Shown in pieces: positions 1 to 9,706 of a DNA stretch of 64,000 nt. The notes beneath the pieces are model-generated. The model had not been told where the DNA came from. It ran no database searches and saw nothing but the letters and a program-made list of their open reading frames with translations. Where the stretch lies: assembly GCA_964562175.1 (NCBI GenBank), contig CAZLRV010000001.1, forward strand, positions 50,181 to 114,180, written 5' to 3'. Each line of letters opens with the position of its first letter. Positions within the stretch are counted from its first letter, which is position 1. A program made the position numbers and the translations under genes. This DNA is from an uncultured Lachnospiraceae bacterium (GTDB lineage Bacteria; Bacillota; Clostridia; Oscillospirales; CAG-272).

Positions 1-118
1 ACCAGCCGTCAATCGAATACGTGTATGTGCTGTAGGAATAATAAGCTTGAGGGAGTAGAGGCGTGAGCATGAAGATCAAGCAAAACGAGAGGGATAATAT
101 TCTATATAATTTTTTCAT
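1..118 (-). CDS. Secreted protein, N-terminal part only (probably the NHL/beta-propeller protein that follows this type of ABC cluster); truncated by window edge
   Basis: ATG at 118 with GGAGG RBS; translates MKKLYRILSLSFCLIFMLTPLLPQAYYSYSTYTYSIDGW (signal-peptide-like, YxTYTY motif); directly downstream of the permeases. Confidence 0.6.
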   Translation of the reverse strand, partial: MKKLYRILSLSFCLIFMLTPLLPQAYYSYSTYTYSIDGW

Positions 119-130
119 ATTATTTCCTCC

Positions 131-1003
131 TTAATCCTTCATACCCGAAGCACTCATCGTTTCGATGATATTACTCTGAGAAATTATAAATACGATTATA
201 GGTACTATCATCATTATAACAAGTGCCGCAGTACCCGCACCGGCACGTACTATACCGCCGGCGATTATCTGGTTTATGGCATAGTTGAATGTCTTCCATT
301 CCTCCGACCATATATAGATCGAAGAACCCGTATTCCACAGGCCTTGGAACGAATAAACTATAAGTGTCAGCCATGCGGGCTTAACCATCGGCATAGCTAT
401 CGTCCAGAAGACTCTCAGCTCACTCGCACCGTCAAGTCTTGCCGATTCAAGCACCTGGTCCGATACCGATGACTCCATGAACTGCTTCATCAAGTAAAGA
501 CCGAGGGTCGAACAGAATGCGGGAAGTATAATGGCGAGTATATTATCTATAAGATGCAGATATTTAAACGTAATGAAGTTCGCTATACTCGTGACCGTGG
601 ACACGAACATAAGGGACTTAACTACCATCTGGAACATTGCTCCGCGACCGGGGAAAGGTATCTTTGCAAGTGCGTAAGCCGCAAGCGAACCGAGTGCAAG
701 GTTACCGAACGTACCGGCTGCCGTGATAAGCACCGTATTGAATATGTATCTTGAGAACGGAACCCAAGAGGTACTCATCAATTTGAACAGGTCCGAATAG
801 TTATCGAGCGTAGGGCTGATAACATAAAATCTCGGAGGGAACAACCACAGCTCGTCAAGAGGCTTGAACGACTGCATGACAACGAAGTACATCGGGATAA
901 ACATTATTGTACCGAGTATCACCAGCATTGCGGTGATTCCCGCGTCGCCTCCCGCAGAGCGGTTGAGGACGACCTTATGACCTCTAACTCTTAATTTTTT
1001 CAT
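131..1003 (-). CDS. Carbohydrate ABC transporter permease (MalG-like)
   Basis: Hydrophobic TM segments; EAA-loop motif ESARLDGASELRVFWTIAMP. Confidence 0.93.
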   Translation of the reverse strand: MKKLRVRGHKVVLNRSAGGDAGITAMLVILGTIMFIPMYFVVMQSFKPLDELWLFPPRFYVISPTLDNYSDLFKLMSTSWVPFSRYIFNTVLITAAGTFGNLALGSLAAYALAKIPFPGRGAMFQMVVKSLMFVSTVTSIANFITFKYLHLIDNILAIILPAFCSTLGLYLMKQFMESSVSDQVLESARLDGASELRVFWTIAMPMVKPAWLTLIVYSFQGLWNTGSSIYIWSEEWKTFNYAINQIIAGGIVRAGAGTAALVIMMIVPIIVFIISQSNIIETMSASGMKD

Positions 1004-1004
1004 A

Positions 1005-1958
1005 TCACTGACCCACCTTCGACAAGATTTTATTGATAAGCAGGTTAGAGCCGAGCATCATCAAGAACAATATAGTCGCAATCGCCGAGGAATAACCTAC
1101 CTCGAATCTTTGTCCGCCGTAGTCCTCAAGGTGGTGCATTATCGTATGTGCGCAGTAATCAACAGAGGGGAAGCCCGCAAGTGCGGTAACTATACCACCG
1201 AAGCTGAATGCGCCCGTTATCGACATGACAGCACCGAACAGCAGCTGCGGCTTCATCGTCGGCAGAGTTACGTACCAAAGCTCCTGCCATCTGTTACGTA
1301 TACCGTCTATCGCGCCTGCCTCGTACAGCGACTTGTCTATCGTTTGAAGACCTGCGATAAACGAAAGGAAAGTAACACCGAGTGAGGTCCACAATGCGAC
1401 GAACACGCACAGCGGCATAACATAGCTTGCATTTTGGAAGAACTGTATAGGCTCCGTTCTGAAACCAAGCTCTATCAGTATAGCGTTTACGTAACCGTAA
1501 CGGTCAGACGAGAATATTATGCTGAATATCTGATACACCGCACCCGAGATACTCGGAGCATAGAATATCAGCGTTACTAACGCTCTTGCCTTAGGCGAAA
1601 GCTCATTTATGAACCACGCCACGAAAAGCGACATTATATACGAGACCGGTCCGGTCACTATAGCGAATATAAGTGTGTTCTTTACGGCGATGATAAATAT
1701 ATCGTCGTCAAGGAACAATCTTATGTAGTTATCAACGCCTAAGAATTTAGGCCATTCAAGTAGGTTGAACGAGGTAAAGCTCAACACTATCGAGAGTACG
1801 ACGGGTATAACGGTGAATATGAAGAACAGAATGAAGAACGGTGCGACCATAAGGTAGCCCACCTTATTACGCTTCATCTCTTTCCACGTCCACTGAGCCC
1901 ACGTCATGTCTTTTCTCGATACAGGCTTTGCGGTTTTAACAGCTGTATCCTGTGACAT
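1005..1958 (-). CDS. Carbohydrate ABC transporter permease (MalF-like)
   Basis: EAA-loop motif LYEAGAIDG; several TM segments; operonic with neighbours. Confidence 0.93.
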   Translation of the reverse strand: MSQDTAVKTAKPVSRKDMTWAQWTWKEMKRNKVGYLMVAPFFILFFIFTVIPVVLSIVLSFTSFNLLEWPKFLGVDNYIRLFLDDDIFIIAVKNTLIFAIVTGPVSYIMSLFVAWFINELSPKARALVTLIFYAPSISGAVYQIFSIIFSSDRYGYVNAILIELGFRTEPIQFFQNASYVMPLCVFVALWTSLGVTFLSFIAGLQTIDKSLYEAGAIDGIRNRWQELWYVTLPTMKPQLLFGAVMSITGAFSFGGIVTALAGFPSVDYCAHTIMHHLEDYGGQRFEVGYSSAIATILFLMMLGSNLLINKILSKVGQ

Positions 1959-2039
1959 TTGTATGTCTCCTATCCGTTAAATTATTTGGCATATAGCTCG
2001 ATATATATAATAAATGTATTTTATTTACTATTTATATAC

Positions 2040-5000
2040 TCATTCATTCGAAGAAGCTCTCAGGCGATATTCTTCATACGTTTCAAGTCCGAATTCCTGA
2101 CGCTTTCTCGTAAGCTCGGCGTTGATCTGATTTACATAGTTCAAAAGCGACTCAACGGGGTTGGAACCATTGTTATATACATCGTTAAATGCAAAGTCGA
2201 CATAACGAGTTATAATGTAGCTTCCGGGGAATTCGGGAGTACCCTTGATATTGTTAAATCCCGCCTCGAGGTTCTTTCTTTCGGAGTTGGTCCAGGACAT
2301 ACTCTTAAGTGCTTCCGTGTTTGCCGTGTTGTACTTAGCCGCAAGACCGATTATCGCTTCGTACTGTCTTGCGTATTCGCTCTGTGCGGGAGCATCTGTC
2401 CACCATTTGATGAATTCCCAACAGTTGTTTCTCAGCTCGTCGCTTCTGTTTTCATCCGCCATTATTACCACGGCGGATACCGTTGCGGGCGAGCTTCTGT
2501 CAATATAAGTCGTGCCGTCCTCATTGGTTCTTATCGTACCGGGCAACGGAACGAATTCCCAAAGTCCCTTGATCTCCGTTGCGTATATCGTAAATTGGTT
2601 ATAGGTAAGATAATCCGCAATTGCTATAGGCATCTCGCCCATACGGAAGTACGTTGCAAGGTCGTAGGTCTTGGGGAACTTATATGTGGTAAACAGGTCA
2701 CAAAGTCTTTCAAAGCAGTCAAGCGACTTATTGGAGTCTATATTTATTCTCATACCGTCCGGCTCACCGTCGCCGTCCTCATCTCTGTAAAGACCCTCAC
2801 CTGCCTGGTACATAAATATCTGGAGTCCTCCCGTACTTGTTGCCATGCCGACATCTCTGTACTTGGATTGCAGATCGGGGACTATCGCATCGAGATCTTC
2901 CCACGTTTCGGGAACCTCAATACCGAACTCGGCAAATATATCCTTGCGGTAGAACATCATAAGGAAGCTCAAACGCTCGGGCATACCGTAATAATCATAC
3001 TCTCCCGTTTCAGGGTTCTGCAGCTTAAGACCGACAAGTGTTTCGGGATTAAATCTGCTTTGAGCTACTTCCATGTAGTCCTCAAACTGTGAAAGCGGCT
3101 CTATCGCACTACGTATTGCATAGTTGATAACGTCGGATTGACCCGTTGCAAGCGAAATATCGGGTCCCATTCCCGCAAGCGTTGCGGGAAGCAGTGTACC
3201 TGCGGTTACAAGCTTAAGCTCGACCTTTACCGGACAGCTGTTGTCGACAAGCTCACGCATTACCTGCGCCTCGTCACGGCTCGTTGCTATCCAGAGGTCT
3301 ATCGCCTCGCCTTGATCCTCGTTTTCTTCTTCCGAGCCGAGTGAGTTGTAGTCGGTGATGAAGCTCTGGAAGAATGCGCTTATTTCGAAGCCCGCACTTT
3401 GGAAGAACGATGCATTTGCCTTGGGCATCTCCTCCTCAACGGGTTGAAGCGTCAAATAGTCTATCGTGAGCGCCTGAAGCTTTGTTTCCATTATCCATGT
3501 ACCGAGCGTACCGGAGTTTACCTTGAGGTTATCGAGGTTCTTTGCTATCTCCGATTCCTTTTTGCTCATCTTTTGGAGAATGTAGGATACCTTTTCAAGC
3601 GTTGCTATGTCCGCACCGGAGCCGCCGCTTATCCTTTTAAACTCTGCCGCTATGCTGTCAAGACGATTTTGCACGTCTCTCATCAGCAATATCGTATCGT
3701 ATATCTGCTCGGCAAATCCGTAATCCATGTTTTTATCGGGAGAAGGACCTGTGATACGGAGTATTGAATTGTATATGTCGTTCATGTCGGACAACGCTTC
3801 CTCGCACTCACGCAGTGCCTCGGTCATGTTGCCGTATACGACTTCCATTTTAATTGTATATTCTTTACCTGCTTCAAAGTAGAATTTCAAGTTTGTCGTG
3901 CCGTTGTTAAGCGGCTCGGTCTGCCAGTTATCGCTGTAATTGAATTGCAAATAGTTCGCCTCATCAAAGGGAACCTCACCGTTTATGTATATACGACGTG
4001 ATGCGAACAGACCCTGCAAAGTGTTCTGCAAATATCTGGGAACTATGTAATAGTAGCCGCTCGTTTTTATCGCGTCTGCGGGGATCGTCCACTCTATCCA
4101 CTGGCCGACCGTCTGCCACTTTGAACCGCCGACCGTATTGAGCTTTTGAAGTGCGGGGTCTTGCGGCTGCGTTATGGGCGATGTTCTGTCGTTAAGCGGG
4201 TATATCGTTATATCCGACGTTGCCGTGGGATACTCGGCTTGAAGCGTGTAATACTTATTACCGTATTCGTCCTTGCCGTCCGAGCCTGCGGGAACGTCCG
4301 TCGCTCCCTTTGCATCGTTTTCGGCGATATACTGCTCATAGGTCTTGAGCTTTTCGTACTTCGCTATTTTAATTTCGCTTATGTACATTTCATTAAGCTC
4401 AGCCTCAAGTGTTATCTTATGCTCACCCTCGGTAAGCGCTATCTTCGTAGGCTCCGTGTAGTAGCCCGACGAGTCGGATACCGTGTATTCGTTCCAGGTG
4501 AAACGCTCCTGCTTTGTGGGACGCTTCTCGTTGCCGTTCTTATCGGTCTTGAATACGTTGTTGCCCTCCTCGTCAACCTTGTAGCTGTCAACATATGCAC
4601 GAGTCAGCTCAAGGTAATTCGCTTCCTTAAAGGGGAGCTTGCCGTCAACGGTAAGTATACGCTTTATGCTCGATGTATTGGATGAATCCGAATCGAAGGG
4701 CAAATAAGTAAGCGTTACGACGTAGAAGCCCTTTTGGGGTATCGTTACATCCCACGTTACCTTACCCGTTGCCGGTGTAAGCAATACATTCTTTTCCGTG
4801 CCGTTTACGTCTTTCTTTACCACTTCCGCCTTTTCGTCGGGGTAATCCTCCGCCGGCTCAAAGGTGTAGTTCTGCGTCGGGTCGATCAAGATCTCTCCAT
4901 CGCCGTCTTTCCAGCCCATGATCTCGTATTCCTTCAAATACTCGGTATACGACAGGGTGTTGAGAAGCTCAAGGACGGTGTCCATTGTAGTGGCTTTGTC

Positions 5001-5093
5001 CTTTTCTTCCTCCGCGTATACGGATACCTGGGGAATGACCATGAGTAAAGCGAGAAAGATGGCAATGAACTTCGCAAAAGCAGATTTTCTCAT
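2040..5093 (-). CDS. Large extracellular sugar solute-binding protein with long N-terminal accessory region
   Basis: Start moved to ATG 5093 (GGGAGG RBS, signal peptide MRKSAFAKFIAIFLALLMVIPQVSVYA); C-terminal SBP motifs (MFYRKDIFAEFGIEVPETWEDL, WEFIKWW). Confidence 0.85.
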   Translation of the reverse strand: MRKSAFAKFIAIFLALLMVIPQVSVYAEEEKDKATTMDTVLELLNTLSYTEYLKEYEIMGWKDGDGEILIDPTQNYTFEPAEDYPDEKAEVVKKDVNGTEKNVLLTPATGKVTWDVTIPQKGFYVVTLTYLPFDSDSSNTSSIKRILTVDGKLPFKEANYLELTRAYVDSYKVDEEGNNVFKTDKNGNEKRPTKQERFTWNEYTVSDSSGYYTEPTKIALTEGEHKITLEAELNEMYISEIKIAKYEKLKTYEQYIAENDAKGATDVPAGSDGKDEYGNKYYTLQAEYPTATSDITIYPLNDRTSPITQPQDPALQKLNTVGGSKWQTVGQWIEWTIPADAIKTSGYYYIVPRYLQNTLQGLFASRRIYINGEVPFDEANYLQFNYSDNWQTEPLNNGTTNLKFYFEAGKEYTIKMEVVYGNMTEALRECEEALSDMNDIYNSILRITGPSPDKNMDYGFAEQIYDTILLMRDVQNRLDSIAAEFKRISGGSGADIATLEKVSYILQKMSKKESEIAKNLDNLKVNSGTLGTWIMETKLQALTIDYLTLQPVEEEMPKANASFFQSAGFEISAFFQSFITDYNSLGSEEENEDQGEAIDLWIATSRDEAQVMRELVDNSCPVKVELKLVTAGTLLPATLAGMGPDISLATGQSDVINYAIRSAIEPLSQFEDYMEVAQSRFNPETLVGLKLQNPETGEYDYYGMPERLSFLMMFYRKDIFAEFGIEVPETWEDLDAIVPDLQSKYRDVGMATSTGGLQIFMYQAGEGLYRDEDGDGEPDGMRINIDSNKSLDCFERLCDLFTTYKFPKTYDLATYFRMGEMPIAIADYLTYNQFTIYATEIKGLWEFVPLPGTIRTNEDGTTYIDRSSPATVSAVVIMADENRSDELRNNCWEFIKWWTDAPAQSEYARQYEAIIGLAAKYNTANTEALKSMSWTNSERKNLEAGFNNIKGTPEFPGSYIITRYVDFAFNDVYNNGSNPVESLLNYVNQINAELTRKRQEFGLETYEEYRLRASSNE

Positions 5094-5296
5094 TTTTCTG
5101 TTTCCTCCCGTGAATAAAAACTGTGATACGGTCAAAGAGGCAGACCGAGCCGAGCCGTTCCCTGCTACCCGAAATGCACGATCCGCTCGTGCGACCTCTG
5201 AAGTATAAGGCTTCGTCTCGGACTTACTCGATGCCGTGTTGCCGTAATTCTTCGGTTTTTGGGCATAATACGCCCACAGCCGTTTTTTCCGCATAT

Positions 5297-5325
5297 ATGA
5301 TACCACAATTATTTGTAAAAGTCAA
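5297..5325 (-). promoter_or_regulatory. SigA-type promoter for the ABC operon
   Basis: TTGACT-N17-TATCAT with TG extension on the minus strand. Confidence 0.6.
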
Positions 5326-5732
5326 GTATTATGTTTATAGATAAAATTAAGAAATGCGGCTTTTTTTGCCGTTATTTACCCTCCGAGCAGGTGGCAAATT
5401 CTGTAATTTTTACTTTATTTGCCTTGAACCTTTGTTCATATTTCTCACCGGTGTTTTTTGAGTAAATTGTATTTACTTCATTCCGTGCAAAATTCAAAAT
5501 GTATCCGAATATTGTTTACTTTTTGGGCATTTTACGCCGTTTTCAACGGTCTTTTCGGCTTTTTCGAGCGTTTTGTTGTTTGCAACGGGTAAATATATTT
5601 TACTCGCTTTCTTTCTCGTTTTCGTCTTTTCCAATAAATCCATTTTTTGTATTTGTGCATTTTGCACAAATTTCGGCTCAAATTTTCTACATTCAAAATT
5701 GTGATTTTTTTATTAACTTTTTTCAGCGGAAC

Positions 5733-5758
5733 AAAAAAACCGCCCTTCGGCGGTTTTT
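5733..5758 (-). terminator. Intrinsic terminator after rpsR
   Basis: AAAAACCGCC-CTTC-GGCGGTTTTT hairpin with flanking A/T tracts. Confidence 0.85.
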
Positions 5759-5769
5759 GTTATACTGTT

Positions 5770-6072
5770 TTAGTCGCTGATGTAAGGGAGCAGAGCCATC
5801 TGACGAGATCTCTTAATAGCCTCGTTAAGCTCTCTCTGATGCTTAGCGCACGTACCGGTGATTCTGCGGGGGAGTATCTTTGCTCTCTCGCTGATGAAGT
5901 GCTTAAGTCTTGCGGTATCCTTATAATCGATCTTCTCCACCTTGCCTACGCAGAATTCGCATACCTTCTTTCTTCTCTTGGGACGGTAGGGTCTTTGAGG
6001 AGCGGTATTGTTGGTTGCGGGAGCTGCGGGGGCTGCGGGAGCAGTCGTGTTTACTTCTTTTTCCTTATCCAT
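5770..6072 (-). CDS. rpsR: 30S ribosomal protein S18
   Basis: KKVCEFC...IDYKD...[21 protein letters not shown]; start set at MDKEK; Ala/Pro-rich N-terminal extension. Confidence 0.97.
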   Translation of the reverse strand: MDKEKEVNTTAPAAPAAPATNNTAPQRPYRPKRRKKVCEFCVGKVEKIDYKDTARLKHFISERAKILPRRITGTCAKHQRELNEAIKRSRQMALLPYISD

Positions 6073-6116
6073 TTTTTCAAGTTCCTTTCTGTAGAATAGA
6101 TTTGTCCGTGCATACA

Positions 6117-6587
6117 TCAAAACGGAAGATCGTCATCGTCCGCAACTTCCTCAAAGTTTGCGGCATCCGTTTGCGTCGATGCAAATGCGGGCATATGCTG
6201 TTCGGGCGGAGGGGTCAACGAATCGGCATCAAACGATGCTCTGCCCTCTCTCTCCGATTTGGAGTCAACGAAATTGACTTCGTCAACTATTACCTCGGTT
6301 GCGTATCTTTTTGCGCCCTGATTGTCCGTCCATGTTCTCGTCTGAATATTTCCGACGATGCATATGGATGAACCTTTTCTGAAATACTTCGTTATCAGCT
6401 CGGCTTGCTGTCTCCATGCCACACAGTTGATAAAATCCGCCTGTACGGCATCGCCCTGCTTGGCAAACCTTCTGTTTACCGCAACGGTAAACGAGGTTAC
6501 GGAAATAGCCGACTGTGTCTGCTTAAGCTCCGGATCTGCCGTAAGTCTTCCGGCAAGGATGACCTTATTCAAGTTAAGATTTGCCAT
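6117..6587 (-). CDS. ssb: Single-stranded DNA-binding protein
   Basis: [16 protein letters not shown]-terminus, acidic DDDLPF tail, rpsF-ssb-rpsR synteny. Confidence 0.97.
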   Translation of the reverse strand: MANLNLNKVILAGRLTADPELKQTQSAISVTSFTVAVNRRFAKQGDAVQADFINCVAWRQQAELITKYFRKGSSICIVGNIQTRTWTDNQGAKRYATEVIVDEVNFVDSKSEREGRASFDADSLTPPPEQHMPAFASTQTDAANFEEVADDDDLPF

Positions 6588-6599
6588 ATTGACCTCCAA

Positions 6600-6890
6600 T
6601 TAGAGTTTAATAACGATAGAGCGGATAACACCCTCGGTGATGTTGTATATACGCTCAAGCTCGGAAACGAATGCAGGCTCTGCGGCAAAGTTTATCAGCA
6701 CGTAATAGCCCTCGTTCATATCGTTTATGGGGTAAGCAAGCTTTCTCTTGCCCCATATATCAACATTCTCCGCTGTTCCGTTGGCTTCGATAAGCGACTT
6801 CATCTTTTCAACGATAGCCGTCGTTGCCTCCTCGTCCAGTGTAGCGTCGATAATGAACATTGTTTCGTACTTATTGAGTACCTTCTCCAT
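6600..6890 (-). CDS. rpsF: 30S ribosomal protein S6
   Basis: KYETMFII...WGKRKLAYPI...EGYY; AAAGGAGG RBS before MEKVL. Confidence 0.97.
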   Translation of the reverse strand: MEKVLNKYETMFIIDATLDEEATTAIVEKMKSLIEANGTAENVDIWGKRKLAYPINDMNEGYYVLINFAAEPAFVSELERIYNITEGVIRSIVIKL

Positions 6891-6898
6891 TATTTCAG

Positions 6899-6944
6899 CA
6901 CCTCCTTTCGGCCATAAGTCCGTATCGCAGATACGGCAAGGAGA
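6899..6944 (-). ncRNA. S6:S18 ribosomal protein leader (autoregulatory RNA)
   Basis: CTCCTTG-CCGTATC-TGC-GATACGG...AAAGGAGG: CTCCTT pairs with the rpsF SD around an inner hairpin, as in Firmicute rpsF leaders. Confidence 0.7.
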
Positions 6945-6996
6945 AAATAAGCATCTATCCCACGATCCAAGAAATGACACTTGTTCTCAAAGCTTG

Positions 6997-7025
6997 ATAA
7001 TACCAAACTTTTTCGTTTTTGTCAA
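6997..7025 (-). promoter_or_regulatory. SigA promoter for rpsF-ssb-rpsR
   Basis: TTGACA-N17-TATTAT with TG extension. Confidence 0.7.
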
Positions 7026-7178
7026 TAGAAATAACAAAAAATTTACATTTTAGCTTGTTTGAGCCGTAAATATTCCATTATATGCGAAATATTTATATTT
7101 TTTTCATTTTATGTATTGCAAAATCGGGGGCAAGTGTGATACAATAGAGAAAACGCAGTTTTTTTCGAGGTTCTTATA

Positions 7179-9026
7179 TTGGAAAAGAATTTTTATTACG
7201 ATACACTTTTACGTTCCGTGCTGAAGCCGGGGCGGTATACGGGCGGAGAATTCGGGCAGACTGTCAAGCAAAACGCCGATTGTCGCTTTGCCTTTGCCTT
7301 TCCGGACACTTATGAGATAGGAATGTCAAATCTCGGCATCCGCATTCTTTACGGTGCGTTAAATGCCAAAGAGAATATCGCCTGTGAACGCGTGTATGCG
7401 CCGTGGACGGATATGCAGGAGGGAATGGAACGCTACGGTATTCCGCTTTGCTCCTGTGAAACGAACACGCCGCTTTCCGAATTTGACATTGTCGGCTTTA
7501 CTCTGCAATACGAGCTTTGCTACACCAATGTTTTGAATATGCTTTCTCTTTCTCATATCCCGCCGCTTGCCGCCGAGCGTGGCGAGGAATGCCCGATAAT
7601 AGTCGGCGGCGGTCCCTGCACGTACAACGCCGAGCCTCTTTGCGACTTCTTCGACATTTTTTCGATAGGCGAGGGTGAGGAGGCTCTGCCGGAGCTGTGT
7701 GAGCTGTATATCTCAATGAAAAAGAACGGCGAATACACGAGAGCCGAGTTTCTGCACCGTGCCGCCAAGCTTGAGGGCTTTTATGTTCCGTCGCTATATA
7801 AGGTGTATTACAAGCTCGACGGCACCGTCGAGCGTTACGAGCCGAAATATGACGACATTCCGAGAAAAATACGCAAGCGCATTATAAAGGATATGGACAA
7901 GGGCTTCTTCCCCGACTCGTTCGTTATGCCGTACATTGAAACGGTACACGATCGAATAGTGCTTGAAACGGGGCGCGGCTGTGTACGCGGCTGTCGCTTC
8001 TGCCAAGCGGGAATGATATACCGTCCCATAAGAGAAAAATCGCCCGAGGTCTTGAACGAGCAAGCAAAGGCTTTGTTCAAAAGCACGGGCTACGACGAAA
8101 TTTCGCTCTGCTCGCTTTCGATTTCGGACTACTCCCGTCTGCGTGAGCTGACCGAGCTGCTTTTGCCGTGGTGCTCCGAGAAAATGATAAGTCTTTCCTT
8201 GCCCTCTCAGCGTGCGGATGCGTTTTCCGCAGAGCTTTTGGAAAAGGTATCGGCAGTTCGTCAAACGGGACTCACCTTTGCGCCGGAGGCAGGCACGCAA
8301 AGATTGCGTGACGTTATAAACAAAAACCTCGATGAGGATGAAATAATGAATGCCGTAAGAACGGCGTTCAAGGGCGGACGTGACCGTGTAAAGCTGTATT
8401 TTATGTGCGGTCTGCCTACGGAAACGCTTGAGGATATCGAAGGCATTTACGGTATCGCACGCCGTGTATCGGATGAGTTTTACGCCTGTGCAAGGCGAGG
8501 TAAGCCCATGATAACGGCAAGTGTTTCGTGCTTTGTTCCCAAGCCCTTTACCGCTTTTCAGTGGGAGGGACAAAACAGCATTGAAGAATTTGAGGCAAAG
8601 CAAAAGCATCTTTTATCCGTCGCACATGACAAGCACATAAAGCTCGACTATCACGATGCGCGCGTATCGCGTCTTGAAGCGGTATTCGCACGCGGCGACA
8701 GAAATTTGGGCAAAGCTTTGCTTGAGGCTCATCGTCGGGGAATAAAATTCGATGCATGGAATGACTTTTTCGATTACGATGCATGGATGCAAGTATTCGA
8801 CACGGTGGGTATAAACCCCGCCTTTTATGCGGAGCGTGTACGCTCGGAGGACGAGGTCTTTCCGTGGGATATCATCGATTGCGGTATTGACAAAAGCTTT
8901 CTTTTGCGTGAAAAGCACAAGGCATACGAGGAAAAAACGACCTGCGATTGTATGCACGGCTGTGCCGGTTGCGGAGCAAGCAAGCTTGGAGGTAAATGCA
9001 CATGGTGCAAGGGTTCAAAACAATAA
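7179..9026 (+). CDS. B12-binding radical SAM protein (TIGR03960-like)
   Basis: KPGRYTGGE and FPDTYEIGMSNLG N-terminus; CVRGCRFC radical SAM motif; FAPEAGTQRLR; Cys-rich C-terminus. Confidence 0.9.
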   Translation: MEKNFYYDTLLRSVLKPGRYTGGEFGQTVKQNADCRFAFAFPDTYEIGMSNLGIRILYGALNAKENIACERVYAPWTDMQEGMERYGIPLCSCETNTPLSEFDIVGFTLQYELCYTNVLNMLSLSHIPPLAAERGEECPIIVGGGPCTYNAEPLCDFFDIFSIGEGEEALPELCELYISMKKNGEYTRAEFLHRAAKLEGFYVPSLYKVYYKLDGTVERYEPKYDDIPRKIRKRIIKDMDKGFFPDSFVMPYIETVHDRIVLETGRGCVRGCRFCQAGMIYRPIREKSPEVLNEQAKALFKSTGYDEISLCSLSISDYSRLRELTELLLPWCSEKMISLSLPSQRADAFSAELLEKVSAVRQTGLTFAPEAGTQRLRDVINKNLDEDEIMNAVRTAFKGGRDRVKLYFMCGLPTETLEDIEGIYGIARRVSDEFYACARRGKPMITASVSCFVPKPFTAFQWEGQNSIEEFEAKQKHLLSVAHDKHIKLDYHDARVSRLEAVFARGDRNLGKALLEAHRRGIKFDAWNDFFDYDAWMQVFDTVGINPAFYAERVRSEDEVFPWDIIDCGIDKSFLLREKHKAYEEKTTCDCMHGCAGCGASKLGGKCTWCKGSKQ

Positions 9027-9691
9027 GATTTAAATTTTCGAAAACGGGTGCGGCTAAATTCATATCGCATCTCGATCTTGACCGCACGATGAAGAGTGCA
9101 GTCAAGCGCGCCGGTTTTGAAATAGAGTATTCGCACGGCTTCAATCCGCGCCCGAAGCTGCGGTTTTCACTGCCGCTTTCCGTCGGCACGGAGAGCGTAT
9201 GCGAGTTTTTGGACGTAAATGTCAGACAGGAGCAGGACATTTCCTCACTTGCCGAGCGGCTTGACGAGAGTCTTTCCGAGAACATTCATATTTTGTCGTG
9301 CTATGAGCCAAGCTCGGATTTTTCGGAAATAAAGTGGGCAAGCTATGCGCTTGAGCTGATATCACCAAAGCTCGACGAGGAGAAAATAAACGCCGCCGCC
9401 CGACTTTTCGACGGTGAGGTCATAATAAGCAAGCGTACAAAAAAGACAAAAAGCGGTTTTATGGACTTCAACATATCGCCCTATGTAAAAAGCTTTGACA
9501 TATCGGGCGAGCGCGGACGGGCAAAAGCGACTGTGCTTTTATCAGCATCCGTCGATAATTATATAAACCCCGACCATATTTTACAGGCAATGGGAAAATA
9601 CCTCGATCTACCCTTCACCGACTGCTTGTGCGAGCTGTACAGCGCACGGCGTGTGGGGGTCTACACCGAGGAGGGAAAAGAATTTCAATAA
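9002..9691 (+). CDS. Radical SAM-associated protein (TIGR03936/DUF2344-like)
   Basis: FISHLDL...YSHGFNPRPKLRFSLPLSVGTES; overlaps the upstream radical SAM gene; GGAGGT RBS. Confidence 0.88.
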   Translation: MVQGFKTIRFKFSKTGAAKFISHLDLDRTMKSAVKRAGFEIEYSHGFNPRPKLRFSLPLSVGTESVCEFLDVNVRQEQDISSLAERLDESLSENIHILSCYEPSSDFSEIKWASYALELISPKLDEEKINAAARLFDGEVIISKRTKKTKSGFMDFNISPYVKSFDISGERGRAKATVLLSASVDNYINPDHILQAMGKYLDLPFTDCLCELYSARRVGVYTEEGKEFQ

Positions 9692-9706
9692 ACGGGAGAT
9701 AATAAA

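Noticed and set aside
1959-3092. 377-aa plus-strand ORF
   Set aside because: Antisense shadow of the solute-binding protein gene; no RBS or recognisable motifs
5094-5306. 71-aa N-terminal extension of the SBP in the ORF track
   Set aside because: The RBS and signal peptide support ATG 5093; the extension overlaps the promoter and leader
6010-6072. Ala-Pro repeats at the S18 N-terminus
   Set aside because: Low-complexity extensions are common in clostridial S18; no sign of a separate function
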